Notes under the pieces: generated by a model
Databases searched by the model: none
What the model was told of the DNA's origin: nothing
The model's input: the letters and a program-made list of their open reading frames with translations, nothing else
Translations under genes and position numbers: made by a program
Shown: in pieces, positions 38,751-49,060 of the stretch
Numbering within the stretch: position 1 is the stretch's first letter
Layout of the letters: the number at the start of each line of letters is the position of its first letter
DNA from: Cetorhinus maximus
Taxonomy: Eukaryota
Length of the DNA: 64,000 bases
Direction of reading: 5' to 3'
Assembly (NCBI RefSeq): GCF_964194155.1
Contig: NC_135882.1
Coordinates: 67,022,001 to 67,086,000, forward strand

Positions 38751-39859
38751 TATTCCTCTCCGCAGATGCTGTCAGACCTGCTGAGTTTTTCCAGGTATTT
38801 TTGTTTTTGTACCATTAACACTTCTCACTAACAAAGTGAATGAGATAGAGCTACCTCTCTGCGTAGAGAGCCTCGGGGACCTCCATTATGCAGCAGTGTA
38901 CTGCAAACAATGGTCTCCAACAGCAGCCTGGAATGAGGCAAATGCATAAAAGTTAAGAGCCTCGGTCACCTTGACAGCCACAGGCAATGTGGCATCTTTC
39001 CATGTACAATATTGTGGCTACAGCAGTTGGCAGATTTCCGTCACAATCTCTTTAATGAAGCAAAGACGTATCCTGTGCTGGAGGACCTCGCCTAATTTCA
39101 GGTATGAAAATTGCTCCCTCAAGACCCTGAGTAGAAACGGGCCTCCTGTTAAGAACCCTTTCCCCATTTCTCTTCCCTCTTCTAGCAATTCATCCTGCTC
39201 AGTCCCATGAGAAAAATCTATTAAAACATCCACTTCTGCAATTAACTTGTTTCAGGATAAGCTTTCAAACTTTTAAGCCAGCAGAAAATTACTTCAGCAC
39301 TAGTCAGACCATTCCCTGTAAATTCTTGAAAATTTAGTCAAGCCTGAGAAAGCTCCAAAAATGTATACAATTGCACTAGCAGTCAGAAGAAATAATCCAG
39401 CAACTGACCTGCAAACAGTTCTTGATCCCTTTAACTAGTGCTGGCGAGGGAATCCATCAAGGCATTTAATACATGTTCAGCTGTGCGAGGTTAAAAGAGG
39501 GTAGTGACTGGAGCGGGCATTTGAAAATGGCAGCTCTGACATTAAGTCAGCATTGCATGCTCATTAACGCCATAATCTACCAGATCTGCATTACTGCCAG
39601 TGGTCGTTTGATACATTGTACCAAGATAGTGTTCCCATCGCATATGCATCTAGGACCTGATTTTCGACCTTTAGAAAAGCAATGAATGCTTGAAAAAACA
39701 GGCATTACGGAACCCAATTTGCCCCCGATACAATTTTGGCAGGGACAGCTCCTTCATCATTTCTGAAGAAAGGAAGAATGTCCCCTTGCATGCATGAAGA
39801 TGGCTCAGATGTAATATCAAGGTTCATCCCAGCAACCTCAAGGCTTCCACAAATAGTGA

Positions 39860-40000
39860 GGATTTGCACTTAACTAATGCCAAGTTGCATCCAATCGCAG
39901 AAACATCTTAATGCATGTCAATAATCGTTACTCAGGAAGCAGCCATGATGTCTTCTTTGTGCAACAGTTCTCAATGCCTGCATTTCAGAAGGAGAAGAAG
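39860..40000 (+). pseudogene. Small Harbinger transposase fragment
   Basis: QVASNRRNILMHVNNRYSGSSHDVFF matches the RYPGSSHDA motif. Confidence 0.6.
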
Positions 40001-40646
40001 CAGAGGTTCGGAGAAGTCCAGGGCTAACATCTGCATTCATAGATACTGACTTACTGATTAATACTTAACAATAGATGGAAACTCCAAGTTGTAAGAATGA
40101 ACATCTTGTTTGCTCTTATGTATTTTTCACCTCTTTCTACAGGAAAACTTCACTGTCCAGTGGAGATGCAAATAAGTGTGTGTGAAGAAAAGTTATATTG
40201 TGTGCAAAGCTTCAAGTGGTACCCCCAAGCGAGTGAAGTAATTCCCAATTCAAATTTGTGCCATGACTGATGGGCACCACAAGAAATGTATATAAAACTG
40301 AGGAGCACACTGTTGTTTGCACTTCTTCTAATACCAGCAATCTTCTTCCTCATTTGCACTTGTGTATGTGGGACTTAGTTGACAGTATCGACTCAGTCAG
40401 CAACCACCCTACAAGTGCTTTGTGCTTTTACTAGAGGGTGTCTCCAGCTTCAAATAAGACCACTATCTTTTAATTTATCTTCTCTAATCTTCAGTCACAA
40501 AGAGAACAATGCTGCCTTCATGTCTTTGTTGTGCCTGTATTTTCGTTTTTTTATTATTCTTTCTTGGGATGTGAACATTGTTGGCAGGGCCAGCATTTGA
40601 TGTTCAAGGTGCATGTTTCTCCAAAGTGCAGGGTATTTTTAATTAT

Positions 40647-41402
40647 TGTTACGGCACAGCAGTTTTTAAAGACTGAGTTATTTAAAATCCCAGAGGGAAA
40701 CTTTAAACACCTATATTTTCAATTGGTATGTTTTGAGTTGCAGCTCAATTCAGGAATAAGACCACCAGTTCTTAAGAGGTTTTTATATCAAACTAAATGA
40801 GACATTTATTAATTTAAAACAAGGTACTAAACAAATACACATGGTTACAAATTACTACTATCATAACTTTTTAACAAATTCCCAAATTAATCTCCATTAA
40901 GGAAACAACAACCCATAGACTTAACCAGCCACCAGGCAAACCTTTTTTGCCTTACAAATTCAAAATTAGGTTCGTTTCAATTTGGTTCCTTTGCAGACAG
41001 CGGTAGACCTACAGGCTTTGACCTTACATGCCTCTGCCTTTCACACACAAACTCCTCTCAGGTTATACCCAGCCTGCCCTTTGAATGCAAATTCACATTG
41101 TATCACCAGGCCCTTTGAACTCTACCTCAAATAATAAAACCCCTTTCATAGTACCAATTTTATTAGTAACATAAACATTGCTTGGTGTCTCCTAGCTAGG
41201 TGCAAGATTTCACTCCTCTTCTGGAATGCTCTATTCAACAAAATGCAAATGTACCTCTCCCTCTGTTTGCATCTCAAAACTACTGTACATCAAAGCACCC
41301 AGACTAGCTGGCTTTAATCCTCTTCAGACACACCCACAGACTAAACCTCTGTTTAAAAAAATAATTTCCAATAACACTATATACATCAATAGCTTCATGA
41401 CA
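40647..41402. mobile_element. Solo LTR, ~756 bp
   Basis: TGTTAC...ATGACA termini; flanks ATTAT/ATGAT (5-bp TSD with 1 mismatch); motif shared with 18562-19583. Confidence 0.65.
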
Positions 41403-41866
41403 ATGATATATAGGCTCCCACTATCAATTGCATCACCTTCATGAACAGAAAGGATTTCTAATCCATTAATGACCAATGTTCTGTGAACATATGGCCAAAT
41501 TATTCACATAGATGTCCCCTATCTTGGTGGCAGTGATGCCACCTTTGATTCATGTCAACCTGTGGTGGCATCACTATTTGAAGAGCCAGGAGGACATGCA
41601 TGCTCAGTGTGCCTTACTGTGTTGCTTCCTCTTTATGAAATTGATCCTTTGTGTCCTCTACTATATAGTCTAGTTCTTTAGCTAAATGACAGTGAGGTAA
41701 AAATCTAAGAGTGGGATTGAAAATTCTAAATTCTGACTTAACTACCCATTCATAAATTATTGAACTACTTTGCAAATTCAAGGAATAAAAAGTGACTGTC
41801 AAATACAATATTGTTTTACATCTTCAGTTAATGATTTGTTTTAGAGATAACATTTCTTTTTTTTAG

Positions 41867-42004
41867 TGTCATTTGGAATTGGTTCAGCTGGTGCTTTTTG
41901 TTTTATCCTTACTGAACTGGTATTGCTGGTTGACTTTGGTCATTCCTGGAATAAATCCTGGCTGAAAAGATCAGAAGAAGGTGGATCACAATGTTGGTAC
42001 TTTG
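41867..42004 (+). CDS. serinc3: SERINC1/3-like coding exon 5 (gene continues beyond the window)
   Basis: ttttag|(V)[45 protein letters not shown]|gtatgt; 138 nt; phase 1 in and out. Not in the ORF track. Confidence 0.93.
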
Positions 42005-42259
42005 GTATGTGACATTATTTGCCATTTATTTGCTGTGGGTAGGTAAAGTTTAATTAAGATAAATGACATTATTCTAAATCATAATTAAATCATTTTTGTA
42101 AATAAATGTCATGTAACATAAACAACCCATGCTTTCAGAAAACACAACTAGCCTAAGAATCATTTTATTCACTTCCATTGGTGTAAATTCTCAATGACTG
42201 GTACAAATCTCAGCAGAATGTTGATGTGGTAATTGCATTCAGTTTTCCAAGGTAAACTG

Positions 42260-42570
42260 ATTAACATTGGATGAGATGTTAAACTGGGGTCTGTTTGCCT
42301 GTTCAGCTGATGCAAAAGATCATGTTCAAAAAAGAGCAGGGGAGTTCCCCTGATATTCTGGAAAGCCACTTATCCTTCAATCAGCAACATCAAAAACAAA
42401 TTAACAAGTCATTTATCTTATTGCAGTTTACAGGACCCTGGTGTGTGCAAACTGGCTGTTGTTTTGTCTAAAAACCAATGGCGATTACACTATAAGTAAT
42501 TAATTGGCTGTGAAGCACTTTGCAATGTCCTGAGGATGTGAAAGGCACTATACAAAAGCAAGTTCTTCCC
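42260..42570 (+). mobile_element. DeuSINE-type SINE (SacSINE/AmnSINE relative)
   Basis: gatgagatgttaaactgggg...aaagagcaggggagttcccc...ttggctgtgaagcactttg...gtgaaaggcactatacaaaagcaagt is a Deu domain plus L2-like tail, recognised from memory. Confidence 0.7.
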
Positions 42571-43428
42571 TTACAATTTCTCACAGGTCACAGTGAAGAT
42601 TTGGATAGGTATGAAAAAAATACTGATAATGCGATTGGAAAACTAAATATAGGTGAAATTTAAAGGGATACGGACAATTAAAGGCAAGTGTAAGAATTAG
42701 AGAATAAAAATTCAATATGTAGCACTATGCCAGCAAGTGACTGTGTAGATCAGAACAAAATCTTTTGTTTAATGGTTCCTGAAATGGAGCTGTCGTTGCA
42801 TGAAGTGGTTGCAAGGGCAGTGCCCTCCTTGCCATTCAAAGGCACCACTTTTCATAGGTCAGTACTGCAGCATGTCTGGAAGCAAATAGAGGCAGGCTTT
42901 AGATTGAACTGGCCAATCTTCTCTGTTACATGGGGTAGAATTTTCCCGTTGGTGTGCGGTGTCGGGACCCGCATGCCGATGCATAAAATGACGCGCGGTG
43001 GCGTCAGGCAAGCATCCTGATGTCACCGCGCACCATCGCGATATTTCGTTGGGCGGGCACGCGATAATATTCAATGCGCGCCCACCATTAATTAACGGGC
43101 CACTTAAGGCCCTTAAGGTGCCAATTGATGGCAACTTTTTGGCGCCTGTTAGATTTTTTGGTCAGCGCACGGGGTCAATGGGCAGGCGGGTAGGACACAT
43201 TTGTAATAACATCGTCCACAGGTGGGATAAGAGGACTCAGTGGGGTCGCAAGTGTGCTCTGTCAAATATTGGTTTTTCAAAGTTACTGATACTTGCCTGT
43301 GTGATCTGCAATATTTCAAAACTCATAGCAGCTACTTGGACTGGACTCTCAACCTTCAGGTCAGCACTCCGCAGTGAGGAATCATTTCTGGGCCTGCAGG
43401 TTTCAGGAAGCCTTCCCTTAGCCTGGGA

Positions 43429-44648
43429 ATGGAAGTTGAACTCTCCACTGGAGGCACCTCCTCTGAGGAGGAAGGGAGGGCTAGAAGGCGGAGGAGGCCA
43501 GGAATGCACATTCAGCCTCCAGGGGAGCCAATTTTGGGAGGACAGGCGCAGGTACAAGGAATGCAGGGCCAAGAGGTTGTCCAAGGTGGAAGGGGCCGCA
43601 GAAGATGCCACTATCCTGCTGCCAGAGTATACAGGCGGCGAAGCAGCTACCTCAATATGTCTGAGGTGCAGTGCCAAAGGAGGCTCCGTCTCTCAAGGGA
43701 GACAGTCAACTATATCTGTCAGATGATTGGGCCTGAGATCTCCGCGAACTGTGTGGGTGAACACCCCATGCCAGTGGCTCCAAAGGTCACAGCTGCCCTC
43801 AACTTCTATGCCTCTGGCTCCTTCCAGGGTTCGGTGGGTGATCTTTGCGGTGTCTCCCAATCAGCTGTCCACACTTGTGTCAAGCAGGTTACAGATGCTC
43901 TGTTCAGTCATGCATTGACCTTCATCCTCTACCGTTGGGACCAGGCAAGCCAGACACAGCGAGCCAAAGTCAAGGCCATTGCTGACTTCCCCCGCGTCCA
44001 GGGTGCAATAGACTGTACACATGTGGCTATCAAGGCATCAGCAGGTGAGCCCGGTGCCTTAGTCAACAGGAAGGGCTTCCACTCCATGAACATGCAGATA
44101 GTGTGTGATCACAGGATGCTGATTCTTCAAGTCTGTGCAAGGTACCCAGGCAGCTCCCATGATGCCTACATCCTCAGACACTCCCAGGTGCCGGGGCTCT
44201 TCTGTGCTCCAGCCCAGCTGGATGAATGGCTCCTGGGTGACAAGGACTATCCCCTCAGAAGGTGGCCCATGACGCCTCTCCACCATCCAAGAACAGAAGC
44301 TGAGCAGCGGTACCATAGGAGCCACACTTCCATAAGGGCTGTGGTGGAGAGAACCATCGGTCTTCTCAAGATGTGCTTCTGATGCCTGGACCGCTCAGGG
44401 GGAGCACTCCAGTACCCCCCAGATCGTGGTTGCCTGCTGTGCTCTCCACAATCTTGCACTGGAAAGGGGGGATGCAGTGGATGATGAAGACACCGACACA
44501 GTGGCTGTGGCTGCACACGATGAGTCCAACAGTGAGTCCGAGGATGAGCACGCACAGGGAAATGCTGAGGGGGTAGATGCTGACCCGGGCATACTCCAGG
44601 GAGGCAGGGACACCAGGGAGGCTTTAATCCAATGAACCTTCAGCTAGC
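43429..44648 (+). pseudogene. Harbinger DDE transposase (HARBI1-like), disrupted near the C-terminus
   Basis: 317-aa open frame with GAIDCTH, NRKGFHS, YPGSSHD, LGDKDYP and VERTIGLLK. TGA at 44380 then CLDRSGGALQY; frameshift to VACCALHNLAL; further TGA at 44633; likely original stop TAG at 44646-44648; AATAAA at 44752. Confidence 0.92.
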
Positions 44649-44969
44649 ACAACACATAAGGACCTCCAGGACAAGCCTGGGCTGCAGGCTCTATAGTCGA
44701 TACCTAAATGCAAAATTTGCCTGGATAGGAACATTAACTAAAGGCCTTGTTAATAAAGCTGAATGTCCCACAAATCACTCATAACATGATTGGAAACCAT
44801 CCACCTGCAGAAGAAAAGAGGCACCCTCAGCCATAGTCACATGTCTGAATTTAATATTATACCAAAGGAACTTAAGAAAACAAAATGACAAAGATGTTAA
44901 ACATCCCACCAACTCATAAAGACCTCTTGCGGGCTAACACAAAAGCATCAGTGATAAACCCATGGTGTG

Positions 44970-47130
44970 CTAAGGTGCCTTATGTTTATATTTTCGGGTG
45001 CTACGTCTAGGTGCTGCCCTATCGCTGGGAGTGGCATCTGAGACAGCCTGCTCATTTTGCTGTCCTGTTGGCCTCGATGACCTCGGTGGTCATCCTCTGG
45101 CCCATGGAGCCTGTGCTGGCCCCGCCTGGGAGGGAGTTGCCAGTTCCACAGCTGGCATCTCCCCAGTCGTTGCAACCTCATCGGATGCAACAGTCACTGA
45201 CAGAGAGGCAGAGGAGCTGCTGCGCTCATCTGGAGCGCCCCGAGAGGAGGCCGCAGAGGCAGCTGCTGCGCTTCGGACCTCCCTGCTCACCGTGGATGGA
45301 TGAGCACTGAGCTGCGAAACTTGCTGAGCTGAGGTCAGTGCCGATGTGAGGGCTTGCTGGTCTGAGTGCAGCCCCAGGAAGCCCTGATTGGTCTCCTGGA
45401 GGAGCCTCTCCACGAGAGTCGCCACTCTCTCCATGAAGGACGCATGGCACTTGGCCATGTGGCTCATTGCATTGGCGATGGTCCACGTAGAGTCCTCCAC
45501 CACGGAGACCAAGCCAAGCATAGCCTCATGTATCACCCCCAGATGCTCCCACACACCCGGCCACATTTCCTGCGTTTGCTGCATCGCGGACGACTCCAGA
45601 GGCACATCATCAGGCACCGACTGAGCATGTGCCTGGTCCCCTTCAGTCCTCTGACTGTTGGCGCCATGGGCACTCTCTGTTTCTACCAGCTCCTCCAGCG
45701 ACTGTGAAGTGCCCTCACCGCTGTGCCCCGGACACTAGCCGATGTTCTAATTCCCACCGAGGTGCTAGTATCTGCACTGGTGCCTGCCTGGCAGAGATGG
45801 TGTGACACAGGTGAGACTTCAGGGCCCTCAGGTGTGAGAGGGGGCCTCTGCAGCTGCTCCTCCCGGCCCTGCTCCGCTGATGCTGAAAGGAAGAACAAGG
45901 ACATTGGATCAGTTAATGTGGAGACAATGACAAAGTGCATCCCTGTCCCCTGGATCATTATGTGCTCATCCTTCTATAAGCAATGTTCAAACAATGTTGC
46001 AAAATTAAATCACTGAACATTCAGCACTGCTATGGCTGTTGGGAGAACATTGATGACCTCACTGCAGGGCAAATATACCTGTCCGTGGCACCCCAGCCTC
46101 ACCGACACCGGTGGACCTGGACGCATGGCACCTCTGCAAATCTAGGGCCTCCTGCTCGAAGCGGCTGAGAATCGCCAGATGGGCCGACCCTCCGCCAGTC
46201 CTCACCCGCTCGGCGGCATTATGTGCATTCTTCTCCTGAAAAGGAGAGAAGAGCATTGATTAGTGCTACTTGCACCTGGATTCTCTTCGTGGATAGCCCA
46301 CCCCAACCAGCCAGCCAGCATTGCAGGGCTCCAATGTCTCCTCACCCTGCTGCTGCCGAACACTCTGACAAAGATGCTAGGCCTGTTCCCCTCACCCCTC
46401 CCCCTTGGACAAATGCTACCTACATCACTTTTGGCACCACATGGTCTAACCTTCCATAGCAAGGAGACACAAGCACATGGAGTGCAGAGAACAGCAGATC
46501 AATCGGTGCCACGCCACCTTGAAGCTCCCCTCCCAGCATGTCACCACCCTGACTTTGACATGTCCTGAAGTTCCAGCTCTGAGCCTAGGCGCAGCTCCTC
46601 TAGGTTGCTCCCTAATGTGGGTCTCAGTGTATCACACACTGCAGGTGCAGAACTCATCTCTTCACCGCTCTCTCAGGGTGACCTCGGCATGGGCAATATC
46701 TGCTGGCCCACCCAGCGAAGGACACATACCATCAATGATTCAATGCAGTCACTACACTCAGACTTGGACGGGAGGGGGCTGGTGGGTGGTATGCGCCAGG
46801 GGGGAAAGCCTACCTGCTGGATTAAGTGACCAATGCCAACATGGTACTCACCTTTCCCGACAGCAGGTCGTTGAAGCGCTTGTCACACTGGATCCAGGTG
46901 CGCCGCACCACATCACGGGAGCTCACCACCTCCGCCACGTCCTCCCAGGTATGTGGAGGGGGGGGCCTCCTCCCGTCCTGGGGTACGAGGACCTCCTGCT
47001 GTGCTGCCAACAACTTGAGGAGGGCAGCAAGGCAATCATCAGAAAAATGAAGGGCACAGTGCCCCCCTGTCCTACCCTCCTGCTTGGCCTGCTCACCAGC
47101 AACGCTCTGGGGAGCCCTTCCACTGGCCAT
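44970..47130 (-). pseudogene. Harbinger Myb/SANT-like partner gene, 3 exons (47130-46852, 46235-46079, 45882-44970)
   Basis: Exon 1 is 93 codons (FSDDCLAALL...WEDVAEVV...RTWIQCDKRFNDL; AAG|gtgagt); exon 2 is 157 nt (ttttcag|EKNAHNAAERVRTGGG...|gtatat); exon 3 starts ctttcag|CA in matching phase. Exon 3 has frameshifts near 45600-45730 and an internal TGA at 45090; stop TAG at 44970. Confidence 0.85.
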
Positions 47131-48619
47131 GATTCACGGCCTTGGAAAGGCTGCAGGATCTTTTTAAAACAGGCCCCCGGGTTGCCATTGGAACTGGCGG
47201 TTATTGCAGCTCCGCCGCCAAGTCCACTCCCACTGTCCTCGGGAGCCACAATTCACGCTGGGCGGGCCTTAATTGGTCCGCCAGCGTAAAATGGCAATGC
47301 GGACCCAATCGTGGGCGGCAATCGGGTCTGCCCACGCCTGCTCCCACACGGCCCGCCCGACAGGCAGAAAACTCTGCCCATGGTATATATCCTTGCAGGT
47401 GACAACTGGCAGAGTTCAGCATTTGATTTTCTAAGGATATGATAACTCTAATTAGTGTGCTTTTGAGTAGGCAATCAATAACAGGCTAGTCAGGCATTCA
47501 CATATCTTAGGGGTGTCACTGACCCTGCCATTCTAGCTTCCTTTGGTAATCGGAGCTTCTATCTGCAGATTCATGCGTTCAGTTGATCAACCCTTGCACA
47601 GTCTCACCTGCTGAACATTCCTTTATTGGTCCGCATCTTACTTTTGCAAGCACCTCAGGTATTCCAGTTGGTGAAACCATTGATGCTAGGGATAAAAACA
47701 ATTTTAAAAGTTGGCACAGCTTACTCAGGGCAGTTGAAGTGTTACATGGAGAAAAAAAAACAAAAATTGATTAAGTCAAAACAGCCATTAAACAGCCAAA
47801 ATATATTTAACATTACCTTATTGTGCTCTTAAAAATAACTCCAGTCTATTTTTCAGCCCCTTACCAACTATAGATGCCTGGCTGTCAAGAAAGCATCCAG
47901 CTCTTAAGAACAAATGGAAAATGGTTCATCAGATTTTAAAGCTTAAATTAAGCTCTGAATTTTTTCAAGAGAGATCTTCTTGCATTGGCCTCCATCCCAC
48001 CATAAATATGTATCGACTGCAAATGAGATGGAGATCCGCTGTTGTTCAGTTTATTATGTCCACTGAACAGGAGCGCATGAGACAAAGTGGGCTTGAAAAT
48101 TAATCCCTCTATTTGAATATTGGTCAATTCTGAAATATAATCAATAGAATTGGGAGGCAAGTCACTCCCTACTGTGATTTGTTGGATATGTAGAGTTTGT
48201 TACAAGCAATCCTGAAGGTTGTGTAAATTCATGACAGAGAGGTGTGATACATGTCATGTAGCTTTCATTCGCTCCTCAGGAATCCACAACCTCATTTAAA
48301 GGGTGATTCTGTAATCCCAAATTCCCAGCAGGGCATTGTGTGCTCCTACAGATCTTATCTGGAGAATTTGATAGTGCATATAGGCCACGATTTCTGTCCA
48401 TTAAAATGTGCACTCATGATCTCTCAAAATGCACCCATGATGCTACATCCTGCTGATTGTCAGATTTTGAATTCAATCCCTTTAAAATATAAACAGCTTT
48501 CAGTAAGCTCAAAAAAGGAGAAAGCTCAGAGGGAATGGCCAAAATCATTGGCCGGTCCTGTAAATATACTTCTAACCTTGCCATGCCTTCTTATGTCTAA
48601 AACAATCAGCCCAGATGAC

Positions 48620-49060
48620 CTTGCAAAGTCTCATTAGCATCTGGGAATTGGTGCTTACGTGGAAGAGCTGTCCTATAGGCTAGTGAAGTGACAGCCTGAT
48701 ATGGTTGTTCGCACAGAATGCCTAGCATTATAATGGATAGATAATCAGCCAATATCTCAAACTCCTCTATCATTATCCTTGGGCATATACTTTCCTACCA
48801 GCAGGATAGATTCACCAGCACTGGGACAGTGTTATGCAGTCAGATGAGAGGGCCCTCGGAGTTCGCAGCAGTGACTGCACACCTCATGAAGCTTCATGGC
48901 TTCAGGCCAAACAAGGTCAAGAAAATACTACTCAGACTCTGCCCACCTCAGTTTTACCCCCCTCAATTTTATCCACCGTAGACATCATTTGGAGGAAGCT
49001 GAGTGAAGCAAGGGTGTCACTTCAGGCTCTTAACCTTTAGCTAGACCACCAGTGACTCAC
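48620..49060 (+). mobile_element. Degenerate CR1-group LINE endonuclease fragment
   Basis: EELSYRLVK*QPDMVVRTE-like N-terminal endonuclease motif; same family as 26430-29500. Confidence 0.5.

Larger units (their letters stand above)
33730..39726 (-). mobile_element. Highly degenerate, multiply interrupted Harbinger element in reverse orientation (Myb remnants on + at 33880-36650; transposase on - at 36790-37480 and 38870-39230)
   Basis: QCRKKCNSL...K|gtgagt and tgtag|GAGAAG exon pattern as in the Myb gene; minus-strand WLLGYKVYP-like, IRLCFIKEIVTEICQLL and LPVAVKVTEALNFY; TIR-like AATTTGCCCCC near 39726. Confidence 0.6.
42933..47379 (+). mobile_element. Full-length PIF/Harbinger DNA transposon (4447 bp)
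   Basis: ATG|GGGTAGAATTTTC ... GAAAACTCTGCCC|ATG (TIRs plus 3-bp TSD); transposase on + and Myb/SANT gene on -, arranged tail to tail. Confidence 0.93.

Noticed and set aside
40143-40360. Strong acceptor ctctttctacag|G in intron 4 as a cassette exon
   Set aside because: Phase-1 reading hits TGA after about 42 codons and has no SERINC similarity.
43429-44382. Domesticated HARBI1 host gene
   Set aside because: It lies between TIRs with a TSD, has nonsense and frameshift lesions, and has multiple decayed relatives nearby, so it is a transposon copy.
46477-47289. 270-aa + strand ORF (also 42998-43726 and similar)
   Set aside because: Antisense or alternative frames of GC-rich Harbinger sequence; not maintained as one ORF in the second copy.
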